DNA of 32,000 nt from Candidatus Thorarchaeota archaeon (GCA_008080745.1 SHMX01000001.1:390001-422000), one strand, 5' to 3'. Shown: positions 17,540 to 27,307, numbered from the stretch's first letter. Notes: generated by a model not told the origin, from the sequence alone. Numbers and translations: made by a program.

Positions 17540-19165
17540 ATGAAGCTTAAACAGACCTTTGGTCTATTATTCATGTTCGTCTTCGTTTCATCCATGTTTT
17601 TGGGAAGTGTAGCTATTGCTGACAATGCAGGTAGCATTGATTCAGCCCTAATGGCACCACCAAGTCGTTATGTGTCAATAACAAATCCTGCAAATGGTGA
17701 TACTGTTTCAGGAACTGTTACCATAACAATTGATGCCTCAACTACACCTACTCTCTACATAGATGGATCAAGAATCGACAAGGTATCTACTTACAATTGG
17801 GACACCACACTATACAGTGATGGTCAACATGTCATCGAGGCAAAAGTCCCAGGTAATACTGACACTGTTACTGTAACTGTTAGCAACGGTGGCGGAACAG
17901 TAAACAACCCACCCACAGTAACCATCACAGCACCTGCCGATGGCGAAACTGTTAGTGGTACTTACACAATAACTGTTACCGTTGAAGATGAGGATGCAGG
18001 TCTCACACCTGACATTTACATTGACGATGTTTATGTGGCCTCAGGTACCTCCTATGCTTGGGATACAACCGCTTACGCAGACGGATCCCATACAATTTAT
18101 GCAGAAGCTACTGATTCCGAAGGACTCACAGGTTCAGACTCCAACACCGCAACTGTTGATAACAGCGGCAGTGGACAGGGATGGACAAAAGATAGCCTGA
18201 CCCAGAAGACACCCTGGTGGAATGACGTCATTGACAAAGATCAAACAAGCTATACAGGTGCAGGAACTGTTGTCGTTGTAATTGACACAGGTCTTGTTCC
18301 CGAATGGCGTGACTACTTCCCCGAGGGAAATGTCCTTACTCAGTATTCTCGCAGTTACACTCAAGAGCTGGGATACGACAATCTTGGTTTTGAGGACGAC
18401 AACGAGGGTCACGGAACTGCAGTAACTGGAACCATCATTGGTTACAGACTAGACAGCACTACCGACTATTGGATCACTGGTGTTGCTGAAGATGCCAAAA
18501 TCGTCATGCTCAGATGTATTTACTGGATTGGTGGTTTTGGACCTAACCGAGTAACTGAAACAGACATGCTCAACAATTGGGCAGACTGTATCAATTATGC
18601 TCGCTCACTTCATGCTAACGAGCTAAGTAGTTACAACATGGTCATTTCTATGTCACTTGGATATTCCAATACTAATGACGCACTCACCAACGCTATTGAT
18701 GGCGCTGAAAGTGAAGGTATTGTTGTTTCTACCTCAGCTGGTAATGATGGACCAAATGAGAACACAACCGCTTATCCAGCTAACTTAGCAGATACTACTT
18801 CAGTAGCTGCAGCTGGACATGTTGGTCTAACTGATTCTTATGGTCTTGAAGGAATCTGGACAGATATTCCGGAAGGAGACTTCTCTGGAGTATTCATCTC
18901 AGATTTCTCATCACGCGGTAAAGTAGATATCACCGGTATTGGAGAGAATCTAATTCTTCCTTACGCAGGAGGATACTACTATATCAGTGGAACCAGCTTT
19001 AGCTGTCCACAAGTGTCTGGTGTATACTGTCTTATGTTCGAAGCTCACGGTACTCAGAGTGTATCATGGCTTGAAGGTCGCATGCAATCAACTGCTGTCG
19101 ATCTAGGTTATGGTACAACAGCTCAAGGTGCTGGCTTCGTTCAAGCAGATGGTGCAACTGCATAA
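17540..19165 (+). CDS. Secreted subtilisin-like S8 serine protease with two N-terminal Ig-like domains
   Basis: Triad motifs VVIDTG, GHGTAVTG, SGTSFSCP plus oxyanion SAGND. Signal peptide and two Ig-like repeats containing WDTT...DG.H. Confidence 0.93.
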   Translation: MKLKQTFGLLFMFVFVSSMFLGSVAIADNAGSIDSALMAPPSRYVSITNPANGDTVSGTVTITIDASTTPTLYIDGSRIDKVSTYNWDTTLYSDGQHVIEAKVPGNTDTVTVTVSNGGGTVNNPPTVTITAPADGETVSGTYTITVTVEDEDAGLTPDIYIDDVYVASGTSYAWDTTAYADGSHTIYAEATDSEGLTGSDSNTATVDNSGSGQGWTKDSLTQKTPWWNDVIDKDQTSYTGAGTVVVVIDTGLVPEWRDYFPEGNVLTQYSRSYTQELGYDNLGFEDDNEGHGTAVTGTIIGYRLDSTTDYWITGVAEDAKIVMLRCIYWIGGFGPNRVTETDMLNNWADCINYARSLHANELSSYNMVISMSLGYSNTNDALTNAIDGAESEGIVVSTSAGNDGPNENTTAYPANLADTTSVAAAGHVGLTDSYGLEGIWTDIPEGDFSGVFISDFSSRGKVDITGIGENLILPYAGGYYYISGTSFSCPQVSGVYCLMFEAHGTQSVSWLEGRMQSTAVDLGYGTTAQGAGFVQADGATA

Positions 19166-19173
19166 TCACAATG

Positions 19174-19205
19174 AGGAAGGCTCCGCCTTCCTTCTTTCTA
19201 TTTTT
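19174..19205 (+). terminator. Hairpin plus pyrimidine/T tract after the S8 gene
   Basis: AGGAAGGC-tcc-GCCTTCCT then TCTTTCTATTTTT. Confidence 0.7.
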
Positions 19206-19300
19206 CCGCCTATATCTCTCTTTTCTCAAGCTGTTCAATTGTTTAATCTGTGATGATTTTTTCTTGTGAATGGAACAAGCGTGATGAGTGTTTGCTCATC

Positions 19301-19336
19301 CTAAAAAAAGAAAAAGGATAGGGCGCAGGGCCCTAT
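19301..19336 (-). terminator. Hairpin plus T tract after the MFS gene
   Basis: Plus strand ATAGGGC-gcagg-GCCCTAT, followed on the minus strand by CCTTTTTCTTTTTTT. Confidence 0.7.
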
Positions 19337-19340
19337 TGGA

Positions 19341-20723
19341 TTATACGACTTCTCCAGGAACAATATCATCCTCAAGGTAGACCTTTGCTTCACCTTTTAC
19401 AGGTTGTTTTACTTTTAGGAGTAGCAATACCGCCACAACAAAGAAGAGAAGCACAGCAAGAATAGCAGTTAGGTGTGCATCTACAACTAAAGACGGAAGC
19501 TGCTGAGGATTCACAAGGAGAAGTACACTAGCATAGACAAAGGGTCCTAGAATGGCAGCAAATTTACCAGTTAGTGCATAGAAACCAAACATCTCTGTCT
19601 TCTTCTCTTCAGGGATGAATTGGCCATACATGCTTCGTGCTGTACTCTGTGATGAACCCATTCCAACACCAGCAATGAGTCCAACAATCCACCACACGAT
19701 CTGTCCCAATGGGGTCAAAAAGTAGGCAAGGAGAAGGGCACCTATCCAGATAAATAGTGTACTAATCAATGTGTTCTTTGTTCCAATCTTGTCAGCAATC
19801 CAACCAAATACAAACGCACCAGGGATAGCTGCAAGCTGAGTGACAGCAAAGAAGATGAGGATCATTGTAGTACTAAATCCATAAACCACTTGTCCAAAGA
19901 TAGCTGCGTAATAAATCACTGTAGTTATAGCATCACTGAATAAGAAGTAAGCAACCAAGTAGAGAGGTAAGCCTTCATAGTTTCGAATTTGCTTAATGGT
20001 GTTCTTTACACGACGGAATCCCACTGTGATAAGACTGACATACTCTTCACCAGGTAACTTCTTTGCAGGACGGCTTTTCAGCATAATAAAACTAGGTATT
20101 GAAAAAATAAGGAAGAATATTGCGCTCAGGAAGAATGCAAGAGTGTAGGGCAGATTCATGGCAAAAACAATCAGTGCAATTACAATAGTAGCCATTGCAC
20201 CAACATAGCCTGCCGCGAAGCCATAACCTCCTATTCTGCCAATATTTTCTTCTGTTGAAATCTCTGGCAACCACGCATTGTAGAATGGTAGTGCACCTTG
20301 GAATCCGATGTTTGCTATTATGAAGATAATCCAAGCCCATATCCAGAGATCAATGCCAAGAAAGGGAGGAAATGAAAAGGGACCTTCCTCCGCTGGTAAG
20401 ATGTCTGGAAGGAATAGCATTGATGCGGTAAAGGTGACACATACCGCGGTATAGAATGCCATGAATTTCTTTTTGGAACCACCAAAATCAGCTATTGCAC
20501 CAAGAACCGGGGAGCTCAATGCAATGATTATCATCGTGATACTACCGGCATAACCCCACATTGCATCACCAAGGGTCTCATTTCCGACCAGCAATCTGAA
20601 GTATAAGGGAAAAAGGGCAGTGACAATGAGGACGGTGAAACTTGTATTAGCCAAGTCATATAGATACCATCCAATCTGCTCTTTCTTATCGGTAGGAACT
20701 TTTTGTGTTTCAGTCTCCGACAA
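19341..20723 (-). CDS. MFS transporter, Atg22/UMF1-like family
   Basis: GWYLYDLANTSF, PVLGAIADFGG, FYNAWLPEI, QSTARS, FGFYALTGK, ~12 TM. Confidence 0.88.
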   Translation of the reverse strand: MSETETQKVPTDKKEQIGWYLYDLANTSFTVLIVTALFPLYFRLLVGNETLGDAMWGYAGSITMIIIALSSPVLGAIADFGGSKKKFMAFYTAVCVTFTASMLFLPDILPAEEGPFSFPPFLGIDLWIWAWIIFIIANIGFQGALPFYNAWLPEISTEENIGRIGGYGFAAGYVGAMATIVIALIVFAMNLPYTLAFFLSAIFFLIFSIPSFIMLKSRPAKKLPGEEYVSLITVGFRRVKNTIKQIRNYEGLPLYLVAYFLFSDAITTVIYYAAIFGQVVYGFSTTMILIFFAVTQLAAIPGAFVFGWIADKIGTKNTLISTLFIWIGALLLAYFLTPLGQIVWWIVGLIAGVGMGSSQSTARSMYGQFIPEEKKTEMFGFYALTGKFAAILGPFVYASVLLLVNPQQLPSLVVDAHLTAILAVLLFFVVAVLLLLKVKQPVKGEAKVYLEDDIVPGEVV

Positions 20724-20823
20724 TTGAATATCCTCCTTTATGAGAATAACTATCTTCTAGAATGGAAATACTGCTATATATCAGTGTGGAAAATGAAACA
20801 TTTGCATGAGAACATCTCAGTAG

Positions 20824-23154
20824 TCACTCATCAGAATCATCAACTAGAGCATCAGACAAGTTAAATTTTAGTATTTCACCATCAGGAGATGCCTCATAGT
20901 CATCAGACATTATCGCAGACATTTGCTTCTCGAACTGTTCATGCAATTTCTGTAAAGACACCTTCTTAGAACCAATCTTCTCAAGTTGTTTCAGACCATT
21001 TAGTGCTGGTGGAAAATTGGGAATAATATTCAATGCAGATGAGTATGCTGCCTTTGCATGATCAAACTGGCAGTGCATCGCAAAAATGGCCCCTGCACGA
21101 ACATGAATCATTGGATCTTTGGACATCTTAATTGCTTTCTCTAATTGTTTGAGTCCAACATCATTGTTCTGTCTCAGCTGAATATCACCAAGCATTATGA
21201 AAAGTGTTGGATCATCAGGTTTGTGCTCAATTGCTCGCTTTGCATACTTCTCTGCAATCTCATAATTCTCCGATAGTAACTGTAGGTCAGCATAAATTCG
21301 TAAAACAATAGAAGATTCGGAGAATATATCCAATTTGGACTCAACAAAATCTAGAGCTGATTTGATGTCAAGTTGACGTTTGAAAACCATCGCCAAATCA
21401 TGAACATAAGTAGCTTCCTTGGGGTCGAGAGAGATTGCCTTCCGGATTGCGTATTCTGCCAGATTCAAAGCACCCTCATTAGAAAATACAACCCCATACT
21501 CTCGCCATGCTTTGGGGTCTTTCTTTGAAGATTTCATGACCTTATCGAGCTTTTTTATCGCCTTTTGTGTGTCGCCCTTCATATCCAACATCATGGAAAT
21601 ATACAACTCATACTTATCACCCTCTTCGCTGAGCTTCTGTGCTTGCTTGTAGCAATCAATCGCAGAGTCATACCTCTTCTGTTCTTTCAGAAGTTTCGCT
21701 TTGAGCTCATAGGCGTTTGTACTCTTCGGCTTCAATGAAATGTACTCGTCCACGATCGTCATTGCTTCTTTTTGACGATTCATGGTGAATAGTATTTTCG
21801 ATAACCTATCGGTAATATCGAAATAGTCAGGACTCATCTCTCGTGCTTTCTGCAATAGTGTTAGAGCTTTCATGGCATCATGATTATGAAGTAATACTTT
21901 AGCCTTGAAACAGAGAAGTTCACCACTCGGATAATGTTCAAGATCGGACTCTAAAGCCCTGAGAACACGCTCTTGTGAACCACGCCTTAGATGAAATACA
22001 TACATAGTATGATAGAAATCTGCCAGAAATGGGGGAAAGTCGAAATTTGACACTATTACTGCATATATCTTCATAGCACTCAAGAGGGCGCCCATTGAAC
22101 TGTATCGTTCTGCTTGATGTTTTAGCATTATCACACGAAGAGGTAGAGGGACATCAGACCTACTCAGCACATTATCCAAGAAGTTATCCACTTCTTTTGC
22201 TTCAAACATCGTGTATGAAATATCCATCATAGTGGTTATATACTGCATGGAACTCCAGAGTCTGAGAATAGCAAGGCCCTCAGGTTTCTTCTTGGGGATT
22301 GATGTTGTTTTGGATGATTTCTTGGCCTTGAGTTTGTAGGTGCCATCGTGAACCTCGGCACCAATAAACTGTGTAAGAATGTATTTCATAACATCAGAAG
22401 ATATTGAAAATTCATCACATAGATTAGTAACCAATCCCTCTTCGCCAGCATGTTTTTGGATTTCATACACAAAATTAGGCGATAAGACATCATCAGATTC
22501 AAGTATCCATCGAATACGTTGTCCAATATTGTGTCTGAGAATTCCACGCAAAGTAGCAGTTGGAATTTCAAAGTTTTCCGCAATTTCATCTAAGGTGGTA
22601 TGTTTCTTTGAATATACGAAATCCAATACTGATTCAATGAATGGCTTAAGCGCTCTGACTTTGTTGTCATACTCAATCACAACTATCGATAATCCCTTTA
22701 TCAGAGACTGCACATTTTCCAAATTTAGCCCGATTGAAGAAGCGTACTCGGGAATGTTGATTATCTCTCCTAGTCCGAGCCGTTTGACAAGGTCCACTTC
22801 TAGTCTGGATCCCTTCACAACGAGCCCAGAACTGATATCAAGTTCGGATTCTTGTTCTATCACATCACGGAGAATATCTTGTGAAATACTGAGGCGTTCT
22901 GATAGTTCATCTAATGCACAAATACCAGATGTTGATAGATGGTCCTGTATTGTATATGGTAATGATTTTCTAGCATATATCACTCGATTATCATTTGACA
23001 AGACTGCAATATCAATATCTGAAATGATATCGAGCACTTTTTCCGGTTTCCAGCCCAGACTCTGGGCAACACTCTCGACCATTACATAATATTTCTGTTC
23101 AAACTCTGCTTCCAATTTTTTTTGCAGAGCTTTCTCTGAGCGACCAAAGACCAA
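20824..23154 (-). CDS. Tandem winged-helix-like N-terminus fused to a TPR array
   Basis: About five HTH-like repeats in residues 1-275, then canonical TPRs (A...Y.KA.., AI.LDP). Confidence 0.8.
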   Translation of the reverse strand: MVFGRSEKALQKKLEAEFEQKYYVMVESVAQSLGWKPEKVLDIISDIDIAVLSNDNRVIYARKSLPYTIQDHLSTSGICALDELSERLSISQDILRDVIEQESELDISSGLVVKGSRLEVDLVKRLGLGEIINIPEYASSIGLNLENVQSLIKGLSIVVIEYDNKVRALKPFIESVLDFVYSKKHTTLDEIAENFEIPTATLRGILRHNIGQRIRWILESDDVLSPNFVYEIQKHAGEEGLVTNLCDEFSISSDVMKYILTQFIGAEVHDGTYKLKAKKSSKTTSIPKKKPEGLAILRLWSSMQYITTMMDISYTMFEAKEVDNFLDNVLSRSDVPLPLRVIMLKHQAERYSSMGALLSAMKIYAVIVSNFDFPPFLADFYHTMYVFHLRRGSQERVLRALESDLEHYPSGELLCFKAKVLLHNHDAMKALTLLQKAREMSPDYFDITDRLSKILFTMNRQKEAMTIVDEYISLKPKSTNAYELKAKLLKEQKRYDSAIDCYKQAQKLSEEGDKYELYISMMLDMKGDTQKAIKKLDKVMKSSKKDPKAWREYGVVFSNEGALNLAEYAIRKAISLDPKEATYVHDLAMVFKRQLDIKSALDFVESKLDIFSESSIVLRIYADLQLLSENYEIAEKYAKRAIEHKPDDPTLFIMLGDIQLRQNNDVGLKQLEKAIKMSKDPMIHVRAGAIFAMHCQFDHAKAAYSSALNIIPNFPPALNGLKQLEKIGSKKVSLQKLHEQFEKQMSAIMSDDYEASPDGEILKFNLSDALVDDSDE

Positions 23155-23305
23155 TCAAATACACCAAGTACTATAACAAGGAAGAAAAATATAAGTTTGA
23201 CCAGATAAACCCACAAGCCAGTTTTCCTGAATTCCCATCCCCAATCAATTCAATTAGGAGGAAAAGTACAAACATATTTCATTATAGCCAGAAGATAATT
23301 AGGTG

Positions 23306-23377
23306 GGCCCGAGGCGGGAATCGAACCCGCAGCTAGAGATCCACAGTCTCCAAGGTTACCGCTACCCCACTCGGGCC
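23306..23377 (-). tRNA. tRNA-His(GTG), intronless, G-1 encoded, CCA not fully encoded
   Basis: G-GCCCGAG.../CTCGGGC-C, anticodon arm GGAGA-CTGTGGA-TCTCT, T arm GCGGG-TTCGATT-CCCGC. Confidence 0.95.
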
Positions 23378-23543
23378 ATAAATCGGTATCTGTGGAAACA
23401 GTCACAAGAGATAACTGCTTGCCAGAAGCAGTCGAGTATTTTGGGCTTATTAGATTATCTATGTAGAGAGGATAAATATCACCAAACACCTATAGCGTTG
23501 TTTATTTTAATGATTGAGATAATAAGCAAATGAGGAGTACGAT

Positions 23544-24110
23544 TTGAAGAAACCTTTTGATGTCATGATGAGATGGTCCACGGGACGCAATTTGCTCTTA
23601 ATGATTATTCTCAGTGCGGTAAGCGTGCTAATAATGGGATATTTCACCCAGACTCTTGTCTATGATGTATTCGGTGAAGTAACCATGCCAGATACACGTA
23701 TCTCATATACCTATCAGGAAATTCTCACAGCATTCAATGAATTAGGTGGAGAAGGACTCCAAGTTTGGTCACAAGTCCATCTATTAGATACCATTTTTCC
23801 CATAGGATATTCTTTTGCAATGATTTTTGCTTTGGGGTTAGAGATTAAGAAGACCTTACCAGAGAAACAATCACTCAGAATAATACTATTGTTGCCAATC
23901 CTTGGAGCAATAATGGACTACATGGAGAATGCACTCATCGCATCTCAAGTTGGTGTTTATCCCAATATATCTGAAAGTGTGATTGCAGTTGCTAGTATAT
24001 TCACCAGTCTGAAATGGATTTTCATCTATACCTCATTTGCCATCATATTCATACTAGCGATAGTTTGGATAATTCAGAAAATAAAAAAACCACGAGTTAC
24101 AGCAGTATAG
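23544..24110 (+). CDS. Multi-pass membrane protein of unknown function
   Basis: 4-5 hydrophobic segments, LDTIFPIGY and DYMEN motifs. Confidence 0.75.
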   Translation: MKKPFDVMMRWSTGRNLLLMIILSAVSVLIMGYFTQTLVYDVFGEVTMPDTRISYTYQEILTAFNELGGEGLQVWSQVHLLDTIFPIGYSFAMIFALGLEIKKTLPEKQSLRIILLLPILGAIMDYMENALIASQVGVYPNISESVIAVASIFTSLKWIFIYTSFAIIFILAIVWIIQKIKKPRVTAV

Positions 24111-24286
24111 TAAAAATATCAGATGATCAAGCCAATCTCCCATGATGATAACCAACCGAGGATGCTCAATTAAGCAAACTCAGGTTTCGCATCTTATGAA
24201 TCCATTTGTGAAATGAGCGAGTAAAAAAAGAGTGCTATCAGAATTCTTACATAAAGAATAAGATAAGGTATGATAAGAGAAAAGCC

Positions 24287-24766
24287 ATGTCGTATAAGAT
24301 TTTAGAATTTAATATTGCAATTGTTGGACCAAGAGATGCTGGAAAGACAAAACTCTTTCCAGAGATTCGAGATAAAAAAAAGACTGAGAGAGAGGTTATT
24401 TTATCAGAGGTTGAATCTGACGTTCATCTCAAGTTGCAGAGAATTCATACACCCTTTGACAAAGATTCAATTGATTTCTCAGAGTTTGATGGGATAATTG
24501 GTGTCTACGATGCCACATCAATCGATACTTACGAAGAGCTCAAGGAATCGCTCCTATCCATTAAACACGAGATGGAGAAAAAACCATTATTTATCGTAGG
24601 AAATAAGTTGAATCCTGGCGAACCATGCGCGACCGAGAATACAGTAACCACAGACATAGGATATAATAAAGTCATCTTCTGTATGTCAGAGTATAAATCC
24701 AGGAAGGAATTTGAGATTCGACTTAGGTGGTTCGCTGCAGACCTTGTCAGACGGCTGGAGAGATAG
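24287..24766 (+). CDS. Divergent Ras-like small GTPase-fold protein
   Basis: NIAIVGPRDAGKT (G1), GIIGVYDAT, PLFIVGNKLN (G4 variant). G3 DxxG absent. Confidence 0.75.
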   Translation: MSYKILEFNIAIVGPRDAGKTKLFPEIRDKKKTEREVILSEVESDVHLKLQRIHTPFDKDSIDFSEFDGIIGVYDATSIDTYEELKESLLSIKHEMEKKPLFIVGNKLNPGEPCATENTVTTDIGYNKVIFCMSEYKSRKEFEIRLRWFAADLVRRLER

Positions 24767-24854
24767 AAAGTAATCCTATGCTAAAGGCTCAATCCACAAC
24801 GATTATACATACTTGCTGAGTGAGGACAATACTCTTGGTCATGGAGACATCATT

Positions 24855-26036
24855 ATGTTGAACGAACAGGGACTTAGTGAGGAGCAAGTATTCTCTAGAT
24901 TGAACGAGCTCCTAAAAAATGACGCAACATACAGAAGTGGTCATCCCGTTGCATCTATGTCAACTATTCCTCATTCTATCGGTTCAAAGGTGTTTTTCAA
25001 GACCATAGAGAAAAATGCTGGAAGACTCCATACCTTCAAGGGTTCTGCACAGGTTGAGAGAGAGGTAATAGAAATGATCGGAGATCTTCTCAGTCTGGAT
25101 GAACCGTATGGGACTACTACATCTGGAGGTACAGAATCAAACATACTTGCAATGCTTGCTGCTAGGGAGAGCAAGAGGAAAATCAAAGGAACTCCAGAGA
25201 TAATTGCCCCCAAAACCGTTCATTCCTCCGTTGACAAAGCCGCTTGGTTGTTGGGCATCAAACTGGTAAAGACAGGCGTAGATAAGGAATTTCGGGGGAA
25301 CCCAACGAGTCTAGAGAAAAAAATTACTTCCAACACTATCGGAATCTTCACTACCGCGGGAACAACATATCTCGGACAAATAGACCCTATAGAGAAAATT
25401 GGGGAGATTGCGGAAGATTACAATCTACCCCTTCATGTTGATGCTGCCTTTGGGGGATATGTAATTCCGTTCTTGAAGGATCTTGGCATTGCGTTTCATA
25501 AGTTTGCCTTTGAGGTCGATGGTGTTACTAGTGTTAGCTCTGACCCCCACAAGATGGGACTAGCTCCCATTCCAGCAGGTAGTCTTTTGTTCCGAGAAAA
25601 AACATTCATGAAGAAGATTACCAAAGATATCCCATACTTGCAAGGGGCTAGCTCTACGCAGTCTACAATACTTGGAACAAGACCGGCAGGAGCTATACTT
25701 GCAACATGGGCGGTTATGAAACACCTTGGGAAAGAAGGGTACAGAGATATTGTCCTAGAATGTATGGAGAACACAAGGGTCGCTCTAGATAGACTAGAAT
25801 TGAATCCTCTACTAAAACCAGCCATACCACCAGTGATGAATATCATAGGTATTGAGAGTACCGAGGTAACTATCGATTATATTGTAGAAAAAATGGAACA
25901 AAAAGGATGGAGAATGGCAACATCTCCAAAACCACATACCATCAGACTTGTGATAATGCCCCATGTCAATGCTGGGGCGTTGAATGCATTCTTCAATGAT
26001 TTAGATCAGGTTTCAACAACTATTCCAGCAGACTAG
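24855..26036 (+). CDS. mfnA: PLP-dependent L-tyrosine/L-aspartate decarboxylase
   Basis: TSGGTESN, HSSVDKA, LHVDAAFGG, SDPHKMG, GTRP. Substrate (Tyr vs Asp) not resolvable from sequence. Confidence 0.9.
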   Translation: MLNEQGLSEEQVFSRLNELLKNDATYRSGHPVASMSTIPHSIGSKVFFKTIEKNAGRLHTFKGSAQVEREVIEMIGDLLSLDEPYGTTTSGGTESNILAMLAARESKRKIKGTPEIIAPKTVHSSVDKAAWLLGIKLVKTGVDKEFRGNPTSLEKKITSNTIGIFTTAGTTYLGQIDPIEKIGEIAEDYNLPLHVDAAFGGYVIPFLKDLGIAFHKFAFEVDGVTSVSSDPHKMGLAPIPAGSLLFREKTFMKKITKDIPYLQGASSTQSTILGTRPAGAILATWAVMKHLGKEGYRDIVLECMENTRVALDRLELNPLLKPAIPPVMNIIGIESTEVTIDYIVEKMEQKGWRMATSPKPHTIRLVIMPHVNAGALNAFFNDLDQVSTTIPAD

Positions 26037-26500
26037 GCAGATGCACTGAGGCTCGAACGGATTTCTTCCATTTCCTCCTCAAGTTCGGACACCTTGTCAA
26101 CAAGGTCAAGCATAGTTTCGAGTAGTACTGAGATAAGACGCCCATAGTTCACTGCATAGCCATCTTCTCGATTTATTAGTTCAGCTTCTTCAAGTCTTCT
26201 AGCTGCATTGGTAACCGATTGTTTTGATAGCTTTCGTTCGCCCACTAACCTGTTGACCATTTTTCTAACGTCTTTTGGAGCAATAGGGTCACCCTGTAGA
26301 GGTTCAAGTAGACTATAGAGAACGTGAATCCCAGCACTCATTCTGGGGTTTTTTAACTTGGCAAATGCAAGCTCCAATTCATCTTTCATATCTGTGGCAT
26401 CCTTCCTCCATGCTTTATGGAAATAGACATCTGCTGCATGAAAAACCTTCGTATCTACAATATTTCCGAAAGCTGATGTCGGTAGACATTCTAAACTCAA
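26033..26500 (-). CDS. Hypothetical winged-helix protein with C-terminal coiled coil
   Basis: LSKQSVTNAARRLEEAELI..DGY HTH-wing pattern, acidic heptad tail. Confidence 0.6.
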   Translation of the reverse strand: MSLECLPTSAFGNIVDTKVFHAADVYFHKAWRKDATDMKDELELAFAKLKNPRMSAGIHVLYSLLEPLQGDPIAPKDVRKMVNRLVGERKLSKQSVTNAARRLEEAELINREDGYAVNYGRLISVLLETMLDLVDKVSELEEEMEEIRSSLSASA

Positions 26501-26620
26501 ATGATAAGTTGTGTCTGAGTAGGAAATCGAAGCACGGTGATAAGAAAGCCAGTGTTACTTGGGAAATAGACATGTAATAAAGATGAAAAGGAGTCAGGAG
26601 TCAGAGATACTGATTTTACC

Positions 26621-27307
26621 ATGTCACCTCATGACCTCGAACGAATCATCTTCGTCCCTGTTATTCATACTGATAAAGAGAGTATAGAGAGGGCAAGAAA
26701 AATGGTAAGAGAAATCAAACCAGATGTTGTGGCTGTTGAACTTGATAAGGATAGATATAATCAGCTTCTGAATCAAAATCAAGAGGCGGACATATCTAAG
26801 CCAGTCACTGGCGATCCAACTCAGGATATGCTGAATCAGATAGCTCTGCTGCTAAAAAATTTTGGTCAGCAAACTGGAGCGGGAGTAGGTCAAGAGATGC
26901 TAGCAGCTATTGAAGAGGGCCGTGCTCATGGTTCGAAAATAGCCTTAGTTGATAGACCTATTCAAGCTACAATGTATGCAATCTCTCAGGTCCCATTAGA
27001 AGAGATTTACAAGCTTACCTATTCCGTACCTGAAACCGAGGAGGATATTGCAAATATTGGTGTGCAGGGATTGTTAGCAATGCTGAAAGACGATGCCAAA
27101 GTCGATGAGTTACTCGCCGAATTTAGAAAAGAATTTCCAAGACTAACTGAAGCACTGATAGATCAGAGAGACGATTATGTAGCTTCTGCACTTCATGCTA
27201 TCCTTAATGATGTAGAGGGAAAAATAGTGGCCGTATTGGGTGCCGGCCACATTGAGGGAGTAACGAGGATTCTGAAAGAAAGACTTCGTTCCGATGCAGC
27301 AGGTTAG
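26621..27307 (+). CDS. TraB/PrgY/GumN-family protein
   Basis: PVIH, PDVVAVELD..R, G.EM..AI, ALVDRPI, QRDDY, VAVLGAGHIEG. Confidence 0.9.
   Translation: MSPHDLERIIFVPVIHTDKESIERARKMVREIKPDVVAVELDKDRYNQLLNQNQEADISKPVTGDPTQDMLNQIALLLKNFGQQTGAGVGQEMLAAIEEGRAHGSKIALVDRPIQATMYAISQVPLEEIYKLTYSVPETEEDIANIGVQGLLAMLKDDAKVDELLAEFRKEFPRLTEALIDQRDDYVASALHAILNDVEGKIVAVLGAGHIEGVTRILKERLRSDAAG

Noticed and set aside
13018-23377. Integrated element between the two tRNAs
   Set aside because: No integrase and no duplicated tRNA 3' end (att site) noticed, although the gene content looks accessory
24361-24500. Frameshift at the A8 run hiding a G3 motif in the GTPase-like gene
   Set aside because: Neither alternative frame contains DxxG, and the main frame is continuous from G1 to G4
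26590-26604. GGAGTCA x2 tandem repeat before traB
   Set aside because: Too short to distinguish from chance
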